NCBI RefSeq assembly: GCF_006345805.1
Contig: NC_043001.1
Coordinates: 38,936,001-39,000,000 of the forward strand
Direction of reading: 5' to 3'
DNA from: Octopus sinensis
Lineage: Eukaryota
Length of the DNA stretch: 64,000 nt
The translations under genes and the position numbers were made by a program. The notes under the pieces were generated by a model. It was not told where the DNA came from and made no database searches. It was given only the letters and a program-made list of their open reading frames with translations. Shown here piece by piece: positions 1 to 13,235 of this stretch; position 1 is the first letter of the stretch; each line of letters opens with the position of its first letter.

Positions 1-410
1 GATTTTCCAAGTTCAATTCTGCTGTTTAATTGAATTTCTCCATTATTTTTATACATTAGTATTTCAAATGCTTCCATGGAGCAAAGTTGGCAGCCTACTC
101 TGCTATTTTTATAGGGTTTTGCTCTTCTGACTAATTCCAAAATAAGGTTATATTTGATATTATTGTTTTTTAGTTCCCAAATTTTACTAGAAAGAGAAGT
201 GCTATCAGCCTTATGACGTAATTTAAAAGATGAGAGATGGTTATTCAATCTCTGTTTAAAATTTACAGTGCATCCAACATAAGAGAACTTATTATTATCT
301 GTGGTTACGGAGCACTTATAGGTTATGTTAATTAACCCGCATAAATCAGGGGCCGGGCATTTTGATTTAATTCTGCAGTTACATCTAGGGGCATTATAAT
401 TAGAGGTGGA
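1..410 (-). mobile_element. Penelope-like element, GIY-YIG endonuclease fragment
   Basis: Open frame CNCRIKSKCPAPDLCGLINITYKCSVTTDNNKFSYVGCTVNFKQRLNNHLSSFK...STSLSSKIWELK...AKPY...CQLCSMEAFEI matches the Penelope EN pattern (CNC..CP, Y, YVG, FK-x-R..H, C-x-LC-x2-E). Confidence 0.85.
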
Positions 411-594
411 ATACCTTGAGGATAGAAGTCTTATATTAATGGCAATTATGTAAATTTTTTTGAATTCATACTATTCTATGTTACTTTTGACAAACTTTTT
501 CCAAAGAGTGAAACCGGTTAAGTAAATAAACATCTTTTAAATTGCATTTTCAAACCTTCTTTCGTATATATATATGTATATATATATATAAATT

Positions 595-845
595 TCTATA
601 TATATATAAAACTGAGAATGTGTCTGTCAGTCTGTCTGTGTGTTTCCCTAAAACTTGAGAACTACACAACCAATTTCATTCAAATTTCACACATGCCTTA
701 CTTAGGGTCCATGTACTTTCATGATCAAAAAAACGTTCGACTTCTTGTCTAAGGCGAGCCCATAGCAATATCATATCTTCTCCACTATTTCAGTATTACG
801 TGTTAAAAGTGAAACAAAAACTGACAATATTTTCACCATTTATAC
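595..845 (+). mobile_element. Non-autonomous Helitron-like repeat, 5' portion
   Basis: Starts TCTATATATATATAAAACTGAGAATGTGTCTGTC, a typical Helitron-N 5' end with GTCT repeats and CCAATTTCATTCAAATTT. A second copy lies on the minus strand at ~21690-21915. Confidence 0.6.
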
Positions 846-1199
846 GGAAGCATTTTTGTTAGAATGCCTTCGATAGAAGAAAGTCCAAAAATGAATTTCA
901 CTGCAGCCGTCAGCGAGTGCGAACTCTGGATCTGTATTATGTCTGTTTGGGTGTGTACTCATAATTGTGAGGTTTCACATATCTTTCACATAATTCATGT
1001 GATACTTATGGTGTTATGGGTTCATAAGTTTGTATATAACTTGTAATGTCATGGATATGTGTGAGACCCATATATTTCTGTGAGGGGAGCTCAGCATAAG
1101 TTTATGAGGTCATGTGTTTTTTTATGCATGAAGTTCATATAATGCATATAACTGATGTTTGGAATGAAAATTTATCCAGGTTGCACAGGAGGCAGAGTA

Positions 1200-1620
1200 G
1201 GTGGGGATATTTGCTGGAAATTTCAGAGTGTGAAATGCTGCTTATGCATGCAAGGGAAGAAGGTTTCATCCCTAATATTTAAAATATTCACTTTTGGTGT
1301 GATAATGTATAATTTTTCAGTGATGTAAAGCATGCATTTCCTGCCCTGTCCTCTGTACTTGTTGGCCTTAGCAATAATACTCCAGGTCATCTGGATGTTG
1401 CTCACACCTCTCTTTTTCAGTCTCTATACTATATTGGCTAGGATTATTGTGTGTTTTTTTGTTTTTGGCTCTGAACAAAGCCAGGTGCAATGTATATCTT
1501 TATTTGAAGGTGTTCCCTATCATTCCAATATATGTATTTGTTACTGTTCAAACCCATGATTTTGGTCTTATATACTAGTTCTTTTTCTGGGCACCCATTG
1601 TTCAGGAACAGCTATGTGAA
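1200..1620 (-). mobile_element. Penelope-like GIY-YIG C-terminal fragment
   Basis: ORF 1223..1405 reads WSIIAKANKY...KCMLYITEKLYII...LNIRDETFFPCMHKQHFTL, the Penelope EN terminus (W-x-I..A..Y, C-x-L-x-x-EK, LN-x-R-x-E, C-x-H). Confidence 0.75.
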
Positions 1621-1626
1621 GATCTA

Positions 1627-2885
1627 GAGGGGTTGGACAAAATAATGGAAACATGTAGCATCATAATTTTGAAATATCTATAAAACCATCAAAAGCTTGT
1701 TTATATTTATGTTATTTGATTTATTATTAGTATTGCTTAATATGTTTTGCTAAAATTGCTGTTTCTTTTCAGATATCAACAGAAAAAGTTAATTGAAATT
1801 CATTAAAATAACAGATCTATTGGACTTTCAAAGAGGTCAAATTGTGGTATGCGTATAGCAGGCGCTAGCGTAATGAAAACAGCCAAAATGTTTGGTGTAT
1901 CATGAAGTCCTGTCTCAAAAGTAATGACAGCCTTTGAGGAAGTGGGAAAAACCTTCTAGTCAAAACAAAACTCTGGAAGAAAACCAAAACCTTCAGATAA
2001 GGACTGTTGGACTCTTACGCAAATTGTTAGAAAGGATCACAAAAGTACAGCTCCCAAAGTAACTGTAGAGCTTAATAACCATCTCAAGAACCCAGTTTCC
2101 ACAAAACTGATTGCTGGGAGTTTCACAAAGCTGGATTTCATGGGAGGGCTGCAATCAGAAAACCACTACTTTCAAAAACCAACTTTGCAAAGCGTTTAGA
2201 GTGGGGTAAAAACCTACAAAACTGATCCCCAGAGCAGTGGAAGAATGTCATTTTCTTGGACAAGTCATCTTTTACCATATTTCTGACCACTGGCCGAGTA
2301 TACATGTGGAGACATCCAAAACAAGCCTTTGACCCAGACTACCTTCTTCCAACTGTTAAACATGGAGGAGGATCTATGATGATCTGAGAGGAGGGGGCTA
2401 TATCTTGGAAATCTGCCAGCCCAATGATTTCCCTTCATGGCAGACTATTTAAGCATTTTATCTGATCAAATTCATCCTATGATTGCAGAACTGTTTCTGA
2501 AGGGAAATGCAATCTTTCAGGATGATAATGCACCAATTCATAGAACAGCTAAAGTTGTTACTGAATGGCATGAGAAACATTCTAGAGAAGTTGAACATCT
2601 TATCTTGCCACCACAGCCACCAGATCTCAATATTATTGAACATTTGTGGTGCATTTTAGGAAAACAGGAAAAGGAGTCAATATCCTCCACCATCATCACT
2701 GCAAGAACTGGAGACTTTTTTAGCTGAATAATGGACAAAAATTCTTTTGGAAACAATTCAAACTTTGTACAAGTTCATACCTTGTAGAATTCAAGCTGTA
2801 ATTACTGCTACAGGCAGTCCTACCCCATATTAAAATAAATTTGTTTGAAATTTTAAGGTGTTTCCATTATTTTGTTCAACCCCTG
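1627..2885 (+). mobile_element. Tc1-family DNA transposon, full length, inactivated
   Basis: TIRs GAGGGGTTGGACAAAATAATGGAAACA / TGTTTCCATTATTTTGTTCAACCCCTG with TA on both sides; 1259 bp. Transposase relic FQRGQIV...SGRKPK...WKNVIFLDKSSF...TVKHGGGS...FQDDNAPIH...PDLNIIEHLW with stops and frameshifts. Confidence 0.93.
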
Positions 2886-3149
2886 TATGTTTACACAATA
2901 TATATATATATATATGTTATATAGCCAGAAGATGAGGTCCAGAGATTTTCAGTGTAGAAGACGCTTAGTAGTGCTCAAATGATCCAAACCTAGACTCTGA
3001 TATCTTTACAGGGAATCAATTCTACAGGATTTAAAAAAATCATAACCTAGGTATCTCATTCGAAAATGACACACACTGGAAACATCTTAAATCTATATCA
3101 CCCTTTCTAGAAACCCTATCAATCATTACAATATATCTACATCCTATCA

Positions 3150-3790
3150 AATTACCCTAAACTTACTCCTAATAGAATAGTCACAGACATTTTTATCAGA
3201 ATCTCCAGCTTATCTACTAACAAAGATATTTTTAATAATCATGCCCCACACTATAACCAAGCTCAGCAGATAAGTGGTTTCTGTAAAAAGAACTCTTATA
3301 TCTCCAACACTAAACTTAAGGCAAAAATTGCACACTTCTTTCCTAGAGCAGGTAGGAAGACCACAGAGTAGGTAGGAAAACCACAGAGCAGGTAGGAAAA
3401 CTTGCAATTATTAGGTGTTTCAATTTAGCCCTCTTGGAGGTTTCTGTCTATGCAAAAATATATTCTACAAGTGCAGAGTAATAATACTATGCTCCCACCA
3501 AGTAAGGGTCTATAACGACAGCATGTCAATTTCAAGCACTGCTACTGAGGACAAATGGACTCTTTCTCCAATCCAAATTCTAAATATTCTACCACCTTAG
3601 CAACTTAAATACATAACCTCAAATCCCCAAACTACTCTATCCCGATCCATCATAAGGAGGCTCCCTCGTTCAACTCAAACCTTGGTATTTGTAAGGGATC
3701 ACTAATCATCCTTTGCAACCACAATCCCTGATTACTTAATAGATTCTCAGATGTAATACTCTCCTATAAACACAGGTTCTACTCATCATT
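3150..3790 (+). mobile_element. Penelope-like relic (linker plus GIY-YIG)
   Basis: Fragments RISSLSTNKDIFNNHAPHYNQA, PLGGFCLCKNIFYKCRV, NPNSKYSTTLAT*IHNLK and LLNRFSDVILSYKHR; heavily decayed. Confidence 0.6.
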
Positions 3791-4738
3791 TACTCATTTT
3801 ATTAAATCTATGTAATCTCATAACAATGATTATCATTAATTATAATTAACCTTGGGGTACAACAAGGTCAGCGAAGCAACGCATCTTCTCCAGTAATACC
3901 ATCCTTCTCATGATTACCTTTGAAAATTCTTCTTACCCACAACATACCACCTCCCTCACAAATTGTATTCTTTCCCCATTATCTCATTTCTCATCTTCAA
4001 CCAAGAGCACTTGCAACTACCACAATCAATTAGCTACTAAACAATCAACACCCACCCCTCTACCCAATTTCAAACACATTTGCAAACGTCAGTACTCCCC
4101 CTCCACCACCAATCCACCTTCATTATAGTACTAACCACAGCTACTCTAATCACCGACTAACTCCCCACTCTATGCACCTCCCTTTATCTTCTCTCATATC
4201 TCTGTTCATACTTTAGTAATCTCCCTCTACTGCCTAATTAGAGTCTTTCCCTCCCTCAAATAATTGTCATCCCTTTTCTCACTATCTCAACACTATACAC
4301 AAACCCAATAATTGACTACCCTTCAATTACTACCCATTGCATTCCTCCCACTCATCTCTCAACACTCCACATCACTACCACTTCCTTAATACTCCCATTC
4401 TTAAGGCGCCCCCCCCCACTCTCTTTCTGAACTAGTTTATTTATTTCCTCTCACCATTCTGTCTTAACACTCGCTGTAACTCCTTCCTACCTCCTTCCTC
4501 TAATAGTGCTTGCTCTCCACATTTAATCTGTCCATCTTTGAACTTCTTGATGGCAGCTCAATTTATCCAATTCTGATTGCCTTCCATTATGGCCTACATA
4601 CTGTGATGAATACATCTACCAACATTCTCCCAGAAACAGCTGTTAGACTTATATCCTCCCCTTTAATTTTCTCTGTCATTTGCACTCTGTAAGTTGGATC
4701 TACTACTTTTCTCCTTCACTCAACTCTCTCTCTTTCTC

Positions 4739-4786
<48 letters not shown>

Positions 4787-5199
4787 CATGTATATATAGT
4801 TATGTCATCACTTCATCATTTAAAGTCTGTTTCAATGCTTACATGCTTTGTTAGAAGCTGGTAAGCTAGAAGACTGTGCCAAGCTCAACTGTCTGTTTTG
4901 GCATGGCTTCTACAGCTGGATGCTTTTCTTAATGCTCACCACTTTACAGACTGTACTAGGTGCCTTTTATGTGACAGCAGCACTGGTGAGATCACAAAGT
5001 AATTTACAAGACAAAAACCCTCAACAGAGGAGGGAGGTAGTTTTGTGCCATGTGTGTATCTAATGGGAGACCATGAGGAGTTACATTATTAACCATACAT
5101 TGTTAGGAATCCACAGTTGGGTATGTCACAGAATATATACACACGGCAAAACAAGAAAGTTTGTGTATAAAATATTTAATTCGTACCAGCTTACATATG

Positions 5200-6052
5200 T
5201 TTCATAAACAAAAAAGAATCTATATAACTAAATTCTTTTTGGTATTGCTTCCAATTCTTTATATTCTGAGTTCTAATCCCACTGAAGTCAACTTGACTCA
5301 TCCCCTCAATCCAAAAATTGTCGCCCTTGTGCAAAATTTGATAGACATTATAACAACAACAACAACAATAATAATAATAATTATTATAATTATTATTAAG
5401 GTAGTGAGGTGACAAAAATCATTAGTATGCTAGACAAAATGCTTCGCAGCATTTTCTTCATCTTTATGTTGTTTTAAAATTCTGTGAAGATTGTCTACCT
5501 TTGATCCTTAGAGGGAGGAGAGAAGGCTTGATAAAATAAGTATTAGTTGAACACTGGGGTCGATATAATTGATTTATCCTCCCCCCTAAATATTGCTGGC
5601 CTTATTTTTAAATTTGAGACATTTAACCTTATTATTATAAGGGCATGTGCTGGCAGGATCATTGCTGTGTTGGACAAGAAGCTTTGTGGTATTTCTTCTG
5701 GCTCTACATTCTGAATTCAAATACCACTGAACTCAGCTTTGCCTTTCATCTTTTTGGTGTCAATAATATAAAATACTAATTTAGTAGTGGGATAATGTAA
5801 TCAACTTGCCCTGCCCACTAAAAGTACTAAAAGTTGAAACTATTATCATTAAGAGCAGGATTATAAGAACATGGAAAAAATGATCAGTGATACTTCTGTT
5901 CATACTTTATGTTCTGAGTTCAAATCTTGCCTGAATCAACTTTGCTTTTCATTGCTTTAAGTTTGATCAAGTACCAATTATAGGGGTGAATGTAATTTAC
6001 TTTTTTTCCTCCCCTTAAAAATGCTGGCCTTGTGCCAAAATTTGAAAATTAC
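5200..6052 (+). repeat. Tandem cluster of about four decayed copies of one SINE-like family
   Basis: Recurring TTCTGAGTTCAAAT...ACTTTGC(C)TTTCAT...GATAA...CTGGGG...GCTGGCCTTGTGCCAAAATTTGA at ~5255, 5460, 5705 and 5905; related minus-strand copies near 35095-35245 and 45720-45850. Confidence 0.65.
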
Positions 6053-6068
6053 TAATGTTCTTTTTTTT

Positions 6069-6069
<1 letters not shown>

Positions 6070-6104
<35 letters not shown>

Positions 6105-6158
6105 CAGCAGCAGTAGTAGTAATAGAGGTAGTGGAGGTACTGGTAGTAGTAGTATTGA

Positions 6159-6206
<48 letters not shown>

Positions 6207-6330
6207 CAGCAGCAGCAGTAGTAGTAATAGAGGTAGTGGAGGTACTGGTAGTAGTAGTATTGATGGTAGAAGTAGTAGTAGTAAGAAGAGGAGTAGCAGT
6301 GGTAGTAGTAATGGTGGTAGTTTCGGTTGC
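6070..6330. repeat. (AGT)n/(AGC)n microsatellite with an internal ~105-bp duplicated unit
   Basis: The interruption string GCAGCAGCAGTAGTAGTAATAGAGGTAGTGGAGGTACTGGTAGTAGTAGTATTGATGGTAGAAG occurs twice. Confidence 0.9.
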
Positions 6331-7974
6331 AGAAATGGTCATGGTAACAGATTAGTTCACAAGAAGAGCATGTCCATAGCACTAAATTACTGTAATTATT
6401 TTAACCAATAGAATATATGATTTCCATACAATCATTTTGTTTTCTTTAAATTTTTTAATCTGATTCCTCTTTGAATACTGTCAATCAAAAACATCATCAT
6501 AGACATGAATGATCACAACTGCCATGCACCTATCAATGCTACAACCCCAACCAAAAACAGAAAACAGTATCCACACATACATAGATTTAGTTTTTGGATT
6601 ATTCTTTAATGTATTAACAATAAGAAAGCGGAATCTATAATTAAATATGTCATAGAAAAGAGGAAATAATTTATGTTTAATTCAAAATAATTATCTATAT
6701 ATATCATATATGATGACACAGAGCACAAGTGTGATTAAGGCCCAGTGATGGCTGTGTGGCTGAGAAGATTGCTTCTCAACCACATGGTCTTGGGTTCAGT
6801 CTCATAGTGTGGCACATAAGCTAGATAAATAAATACTTTGATAACGATGCTAGGTAAATGGTGGAAGTCATAGAAGGAGATCCATCTACAAAGTGGGAAA
6901 CATGAACAAACCTAACATTTAATGAAAAGATTTCTAGACTAGACATGTAAGAGGCAAGAAATTTGCAAGCTGGAACAACAACAACTTTACTAGGAGAGCA
7001 GTAAAAAGTGTTACAGTGTAGAAGAAACCAGAAAGGCCAGCTTTCTAGTGTCACTGACATGATAGTATACACTATGATATAAAGTAGTTAGTGATTTGAA
7101 AGGAATGAACTCCTTAAAAACCATACCAAAATTATGTTAATCATAAATACTACGTAAAATCCTAACCATTACATATAAGAAAGTGTTAGAGCACTTAGCT
7201 CCAGTCACTCTTGAACTTTCTTAGCCAGATTTGTAGATAACTCATGTTGACTTCTCATGAAAAGGAAAACATATATCTTGTTCAACTGTATAAAGAAATA
7301 CAGACTTTGAAATGAAACATCCTGATAATACCAGCTCTCCCCACTCTCTCTTCTTTCTTTATATAAATATGTGTGTGTGTGTGTGTGTGTAGCTCCATCT
7401 ATTTCTGATTTGAAGTCATAGGAAGAATGGTGTATTAATTCTTTCTTTCATGGGAAAGCTACCTGCAGGAACCTATCAATTTATGAATCAGCCCTACCAA
7501 TCAGTGCCAAGGCTGCCTATGTATGGAATGAAATATGTAAAAACAGTATATGTAGTAAAATAAGGAATAGATCCTCAAACATTAAGCATCTTCCTTATAT
7601 TTCCACTAAGAAATATCTTGTATTTCAATAGTTAAGCTTTATAAAGAGAAATTGATTGAGTTTAGCTTTGGTCTTTACAAATACCTTGACAAAGGCTTTT
7701 TAAGACTGAAATATTGAAATATAAGGCAAAAGCTGAAATCTTTTGAGTTTGCTTTTGTTTAAACTCTTTTATAACAAGCTAGATCAGTGTTGGCTTTCTA
7801 AAATACTTTCAATTCTATTTCATAATGACACATATATACTATATCACTTGTATACAGACACATATACATGCATACATGCAAAGATGAGCATATATGAGCA
7901 GAAAACTATGCATGTATATGTTAGTAGAAAGCTCTGAGATGATAGTAACATTGATCATCAAAGCAGTCTATCAT

Positions 7975-8385
7975 TGACCAACAGCCGGGTTATGACCTTC
8001 CACTTTGAAGGGGATGCGTTTGCAATCCTGGAACAGGAAACATCAACGAATACCTGATGCACAAAATGGATAGAGATGCGGGAAAAGCAGTGAAATGTGA
8101 CAAACCATGCAGACCTTGTGGAGTTGACACCAAAGACATCACCCACATCATAAGCAGTTGTCCGAAAATATTATCCCAATATTATCTTCCGATAAGATAT
8201 GATGTTGTAGCTAGGATATTCTCTAATATGTAACCTGTCAGAAGGATAACCCCAAGGACAAAGAAATAAAAACTCACTGTATGGAAGAAGTCAAAGTCAC
8301 TCATAATAAAAAAAGAGTACTGGTGGAATGTTCCAGTGAAAATCTCAATAAAACGTAAGCACAACAAACCTAATATAATGATCTA
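7975..8385 (+). mobile_element. R4/Dong-like (RLE-type) non-LTR retrotransposon fragment
   Basis: FEGDAFAILEQETST...CRPCGVDTKDITHIISSCPKILSQYYLPIRYDVVARI is a C-x2-C-x8-H-x4-C knuckle plus an RHD-like motif, followed by EYWWNVPVKISIKRKHNKPNIMI (degenerate PD motif of a restriction-like endonuclease). Confidence 0.8.
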
Positions 8386-11164
8386 GGTTAGAAATCAACT
8401 CTATCTCTACTGGCAAGAAATCTTGAAATAAAACTGAATCATGACATATGTACATATGGAAAACAAATGCTAAATGATTATGATGATGATGATGATGATA
8501 AAGAAACATCATCATCACCATCATTTAACATCTGTTTTCTATAGACATTGTGTGTGTGTGTGTGTGTGACCGAAAGTGCGTAAGGTGAGTATACAGGGAT
8601 AAATTATCCAGGTGGGTACTGTAATAGCTCCCAGGTATATTTCAGGATATGGCTAATTGAATAAAACAGTAATAAGCATCAATGCTCACTTAGTATGAGC
8701 AATCTTGCTTTGATTCTTTTGATGGGTGACTCTTCATTCATTCTTCTGGATCAGGAATATTATTAGGAGTGTAAATTTCAAACAATTACAAGAAATACAG
8801 AGACTGGTACATCATCAAATTTTTCTTTTAATCTTACAGTTGGTCATACATAATTAGTTGGTTAAAATGACCAACAGGTTTCTGCTCCACAGAGTATGTA
8901 CAAATGCACATGCAACCCAGCATAATCTGCTGTGCACCTTCATTCAGGGTCTTTCAACAAGTGTAGTTTGAAGCAAACTGAGTTTATTTATTTTTTCATG
9001 GCAAGTTTATTTCCTTATTCTTCCCTGTTTAAGATATAAAGGGAAGTGATGAGGGATATGTTGAAATCTGATATGGCTATAAAGTTTATCTTTAGGCTGA
9101 CGTCTAATTAACATCAGTTCCAGGAGGAAATTGGGAGTTTTATATATATATATATTAAATTAGATCAAAGTATATCTTAGTATTTTGATAGGCTTTTTCT
9201 TTATGTTACAAGAGATTGAATAGAATTAATATTAAACTTTGTTATATTGATGGAGTTTTGTCAATATATTGTTTATGAAATCCAGAAGGAAGGTACACTT
9301 TAAAGTGACTTTTATGTTATACATAAGTTATTGTACCTGTATGTGTTAGAATCACTTCTATGAAAAAAAAAAAAAAAGGAAAATATTTTAAGCTAGTGAT
9401 TAAAACGATATTTAGTTGAAAGTTGGCCAGATAAAGTTCCAACATATACTTCTACCATTCGGCACCTCCCTTTTGTGTATTGGATATCATTCTTACTTCC
9501 ATATAAGTGGAGCATCAACAAGCATTAAGGTGAGACTGGCAAATCAATTAAATTCATTTGAGGATAGAAATAAGTTGAACAACACTAGCTTCAGTCCATT
9601 CATCTTGTTGCTTAAGGATAAAAATGCTAACTTTAGTATAGAATGAGAAAAAATTAGCATGGTTATACCTTATAAAACAAGGACAAAGAGTTGTGATTTG
9701 TGCATAGAAAAATGTACCATATTTTTACATTCAAACACTTATTGCTAAATAGTAGACAAGAACAGGCCTTGAGATGTTTACATCTGCATGGTAAAGCCTC
9801 TCATACAGGTATTGGGTAGAATGATAACACAGTCTTCTCACTTGCACACCACAGTGAATGCCTCTGATGCTTAGTTTTTCTGTCTGCACAATTCTGCATA
9901 AAGAAGTGCAGATCACTGAAAGTGGATGGTACCTGCAGAAAAGGGAGACCCAAGAAGTCATGAAATGAAGTAGTAAGGACCGATCTCAGGATGTTAGTGA
10001 AACTAAGTCCTAGAAGTGTTGTGTCACACCAAAGTTAACAAGAAAACTTCTCTCACACCTTACCATAACAAACTAAACCACATTTCTACATCTCTTCTCT
10101 TCCTTGCATTTCCACTTCATACACTATGCTTACCTTCCACTTCCCAATCCTGTCCTCTTGGCCACTTAAAAAGCATCCAGTCTACACTGAAAAATGGTTA
10201 GTATTTGTAAGGGCATCCAAACCTTGCTAAAACTGACCTTGCCTGTGCTTGTGCCATGTAAAAATCACTAAGCCCACTCTGGTGAGTAGTTGGTGTTAGG
10301 AAGGGCATCCAGCTGTAAAAATCCTGCCCAAACAGTAACAGAAGTCTGGTGCAGGATTCTGCCTGGCCAGCTCCTATCAAACTGTCCTACCCTTGCCAGC
10401 ATGGAAAGTGGATGTTAAACGACAATGACGATGATGATGTTATGCATGTTGTCTATACAACTGGAATATACCTGATGCATTTCTTTCCGGAGATTTAGCA
10501 TCCACAGAGAGAACCTCTCTGTTGTCAACAAAGGCAGTTGCTCCCTGGACTTTTATAACCTATCCTTACTCCACCTATTATGCTTTCACAACACTCATTT
10601 CTAATGCTGATTAAGACTGTTAAGTTATGGAAGATACCAACTATTATCAAACTCGAGAAATTTCCTTTATTTCTTGGGAGTGCTTTTATTGCTACTCTTA
10701 TGAATGAAATCCCTTTCTCTATAAGCCTGTCTTGTACCTTTTGTGTACTTATTGTTTACATTGGTTATATAGTATAGAGTGTTTACTGGCTCCCTTTCTA
10801 CATAATGAGTGTGGCTACATCCAGTTTGGAGTAGTGTTTTGTTTTATTTTCTGCAAGCTAAAAATTTCATTTTTTCCAAATTAACCTTTAGGCCCTTTCA
10901 TTCTAGGCTCTGCTTTTATGTTAGGAACTTTTCTCCAAAACCTTTACCTGAACTGATTATGAGTACCTATGGCTGCATTTATGTAGAACGAATTGTTCTT
11001 GATGGCTGACCACTTAATATCTTACTTTTTCGCAACATGGTCTCTTCATAATTTGTCTGTCTAACTAAATTCATCTTTTCCTCATACTTAAAGGTGAAGT
11101 TTGTTTAAAGAAATGGCTAAACAATACCGTAGTATCTAAAAACAAGGAATACCTAACTTAGTTA

Positions 11165-11870
11165 CTCGTTGTCAATTATTGTAGCATTGCCACTATTTAT
11201 AATGATACTTGTTTACACTATAACTATGTAGTAACAATAAATATATAATGAAGCAGGGTAACAACCTAACAATACAACAAGTGCTCCACAAACTATAAAT
11301 GAACCAACAAATGATATTCCGACAAACTCTCCAAATGGTACCTTATGACTTTCTGCAATTAACGTGTATTCTCTCTCATTCTGACCACTATTATTTATAG
11401 TCGTTCGGTCAAGTCTATTCTCACAGGGGGTGTCATGACTCTCGCCACAACACAGGGAAAGGATGAAAAGATCATAACTAGAATGCCTTTGGTAAAATGT
11501 CTGTTCAATCAAGGCTAACTTATTAAGATATAATGTTTTTCAGCTTTTTCATAACCTTTAACTCGAGATGATTGACTTAACCAATGAACAGATTGTTTCC
11601 TTTCAGCTTATATTCAGTTTCTTGGATGCTGCTCTTGAATTTCATTTCTAAAATATAGTTGGCATTTCTTATGCATCACAAACTTTGAAAAGTATTCTAT
11701 AGAATATATTTTAAAGTAGCTGGTTGGTTGATAAAAGCTTTCTGATTAATATAACGAAATTTATAGATAGATTTGATGTTACATTTTCACTAAGCAGTTG
11801 GTTCAACCAGATAATATTTCATTGTCTACACTGCTTCTAGTGCTGGTATTTTTAAGGCATTGCATAATAA
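11165..11870 (-). pseudogene. Possible heavily decayed LRR-transmembrane gene relic
   Basis: Fragments across frames: ENVTSNLSIN, RYINQKAFINQP, LKYIL*NTFQSL, MKKLK/TLYLNKLALIEQTF, an NPFxCxC-like DNA stretch at 11444-11465, and a hydrophobic end GISFVGSFIVCGALVVLL (ORF 11213..11512). Many stops and frameshifts. Confidence 0.33.
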
Positions 11871-12170
11871 TTTGTCAGTTTTAATAGAACAAACATCATA
11901 CTAATATCGATTAGTGCTCTTGTTGATATAGTTTCTCATTCAGCTTTTTATACAATTCTATTTTCTTGTATGATACTTCCATTTAGATCTATGCCAAGGT
12001 TAGTTGTTTCTCTAAATTTTAGGCAAAGTTTCCTAGAATGTTAATCAAGTTCCCATATATTTATCATATTTAGGGTCTTAGAATAGAACAATTTGCTACT
12101 CATTCGAAAATAAGTATAGAAGAAGCAGTTAGGTAAGCCAAAATGCAAATTTCTTAAAAACAAAACTTAC

Positions 12171-12187
12171 CTTTTGCTGATGAAGTC
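12171..12187 (-). CDS. Putative 17-nt cytoplasmic-tail microexon of the Ig receptor
   Basis: Acceptor ATGAATTTAATAG, donor AAG|GTAAGT; phase 2 in, phase 1 out, giving (E)TSSAK. Its phase complements the 19-nt exon (36 nt together). Confidence 0.48.
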
Positions 12188-12240
12188 CTATTAAATTCAT
12201 AAAATAATTATAAAATAAAATATTTACAATATTTTCAATC

Positions 12241-12300
<60 letters not shown>

Positions 12301-12810
12301 TTATCATCATTATTATTATTATTGTATAATTGTTCAATATTTGTTAGATTGAGACAAATTTCTACTGCATCACCTGCTACACTGCTGTGTTGCTGGGGGT
12401 TGCAGCATTGTATGTTCTTTTCTGCTGTTGGGAGTGTGCATCTTCCCAGTACTGTACTGTATTAACTTTTTTTCCCTTGAGATGTGGTTCTGTCTTCTGT
12501 TGCTTATATTATGTGTTGAGTGTGTAGTGCTTTGGTTGTTTTAGCTTGCTGGTGGAAGTATATTTCACTGGGTAAATGATGTATAGAGTGTGTCTTGTAT
12601 TTGTAGGTTGTTTTGTTTAGGTTGTATTATTGGATTGATAGTGTCTTGCATAGAATGTGGGCTGTTCCTAGTAGGGCTATTTTTTAAAAAGTGTGTAGTG
12701 TTGAGGATCCAGGTATAGCTTCTACACTTTTGTTCATATGTTTTTTTATCATGCCCAATGCTCCAGTTATTATTGGTATTATTTTTACCTTCATGCCCCA
12801 CACTTTGAAT
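12241..12810 (-). mobile_element. R4/Dong-like RLE retrotransposon 3' end with (TAA)n tail
   Basis: KVWGMKVKIIPIITGALGMIKKHM...KIALLGTAHILCKTL is an RLE C-terminus, followed by a ~300-bp putative UTR and a long (TAA)n run at 12241-12323. Confidence 0.7.
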
Positions 12811-12899
12811 ACTTCATTATCACTATTATCATTATTCATATACACACAACACATTAGACTGTTGGAAAAGAAAAAATTCTAACATTGGGCTACAACACG

Positions 12900-13235
12900 T
12901 AACCTTAGATGCCAAGAACCCTTCTAAGTATCCTAACTGTCCCTAATAATACTGTTTTCTGCAACTGTACTAAACTGGGTTTTATACCTATTTCCTCTAT
13001 TCATCTTTTCAAATACTTAGAGATATTTCCTAATGCACCTATAAGTACTGGAAGACATTTTACCAGCACTTTCCATAGTCTCTGTAATTCAATGGCTAGG
13101 TTCTAATACTTTGCTGTTTTTTCTATACCTCTCATATTGATTTTTTCATCATTTGGAACTGTAAAGTCAATTATCTAGCACTTTCTATTCTCTTTATATA
13201 CTACTACTAAATCAGGCCTTCTAACTTGCAAAATA
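12900..13235 (-). mobile_element. Second R4/Dong-like RLE C-terminal fragment
   Basis: IDFTVPNDEKIN...EKTAKY*NLAIELQRLWKVLVKCLPVLIGALGNISKYL...LQKTVLLGTVRILRRVLGI. Confidence 0.78.

Noticed and set aside
6052-6411. Poly-Ser, poly-Thr, poly-Val and poly-Tyr ORFs suggesting a mucin-like exon
   Set aside because: They are translations of one (AGT)n microsatellite open in several frames, with no convincing splice context.
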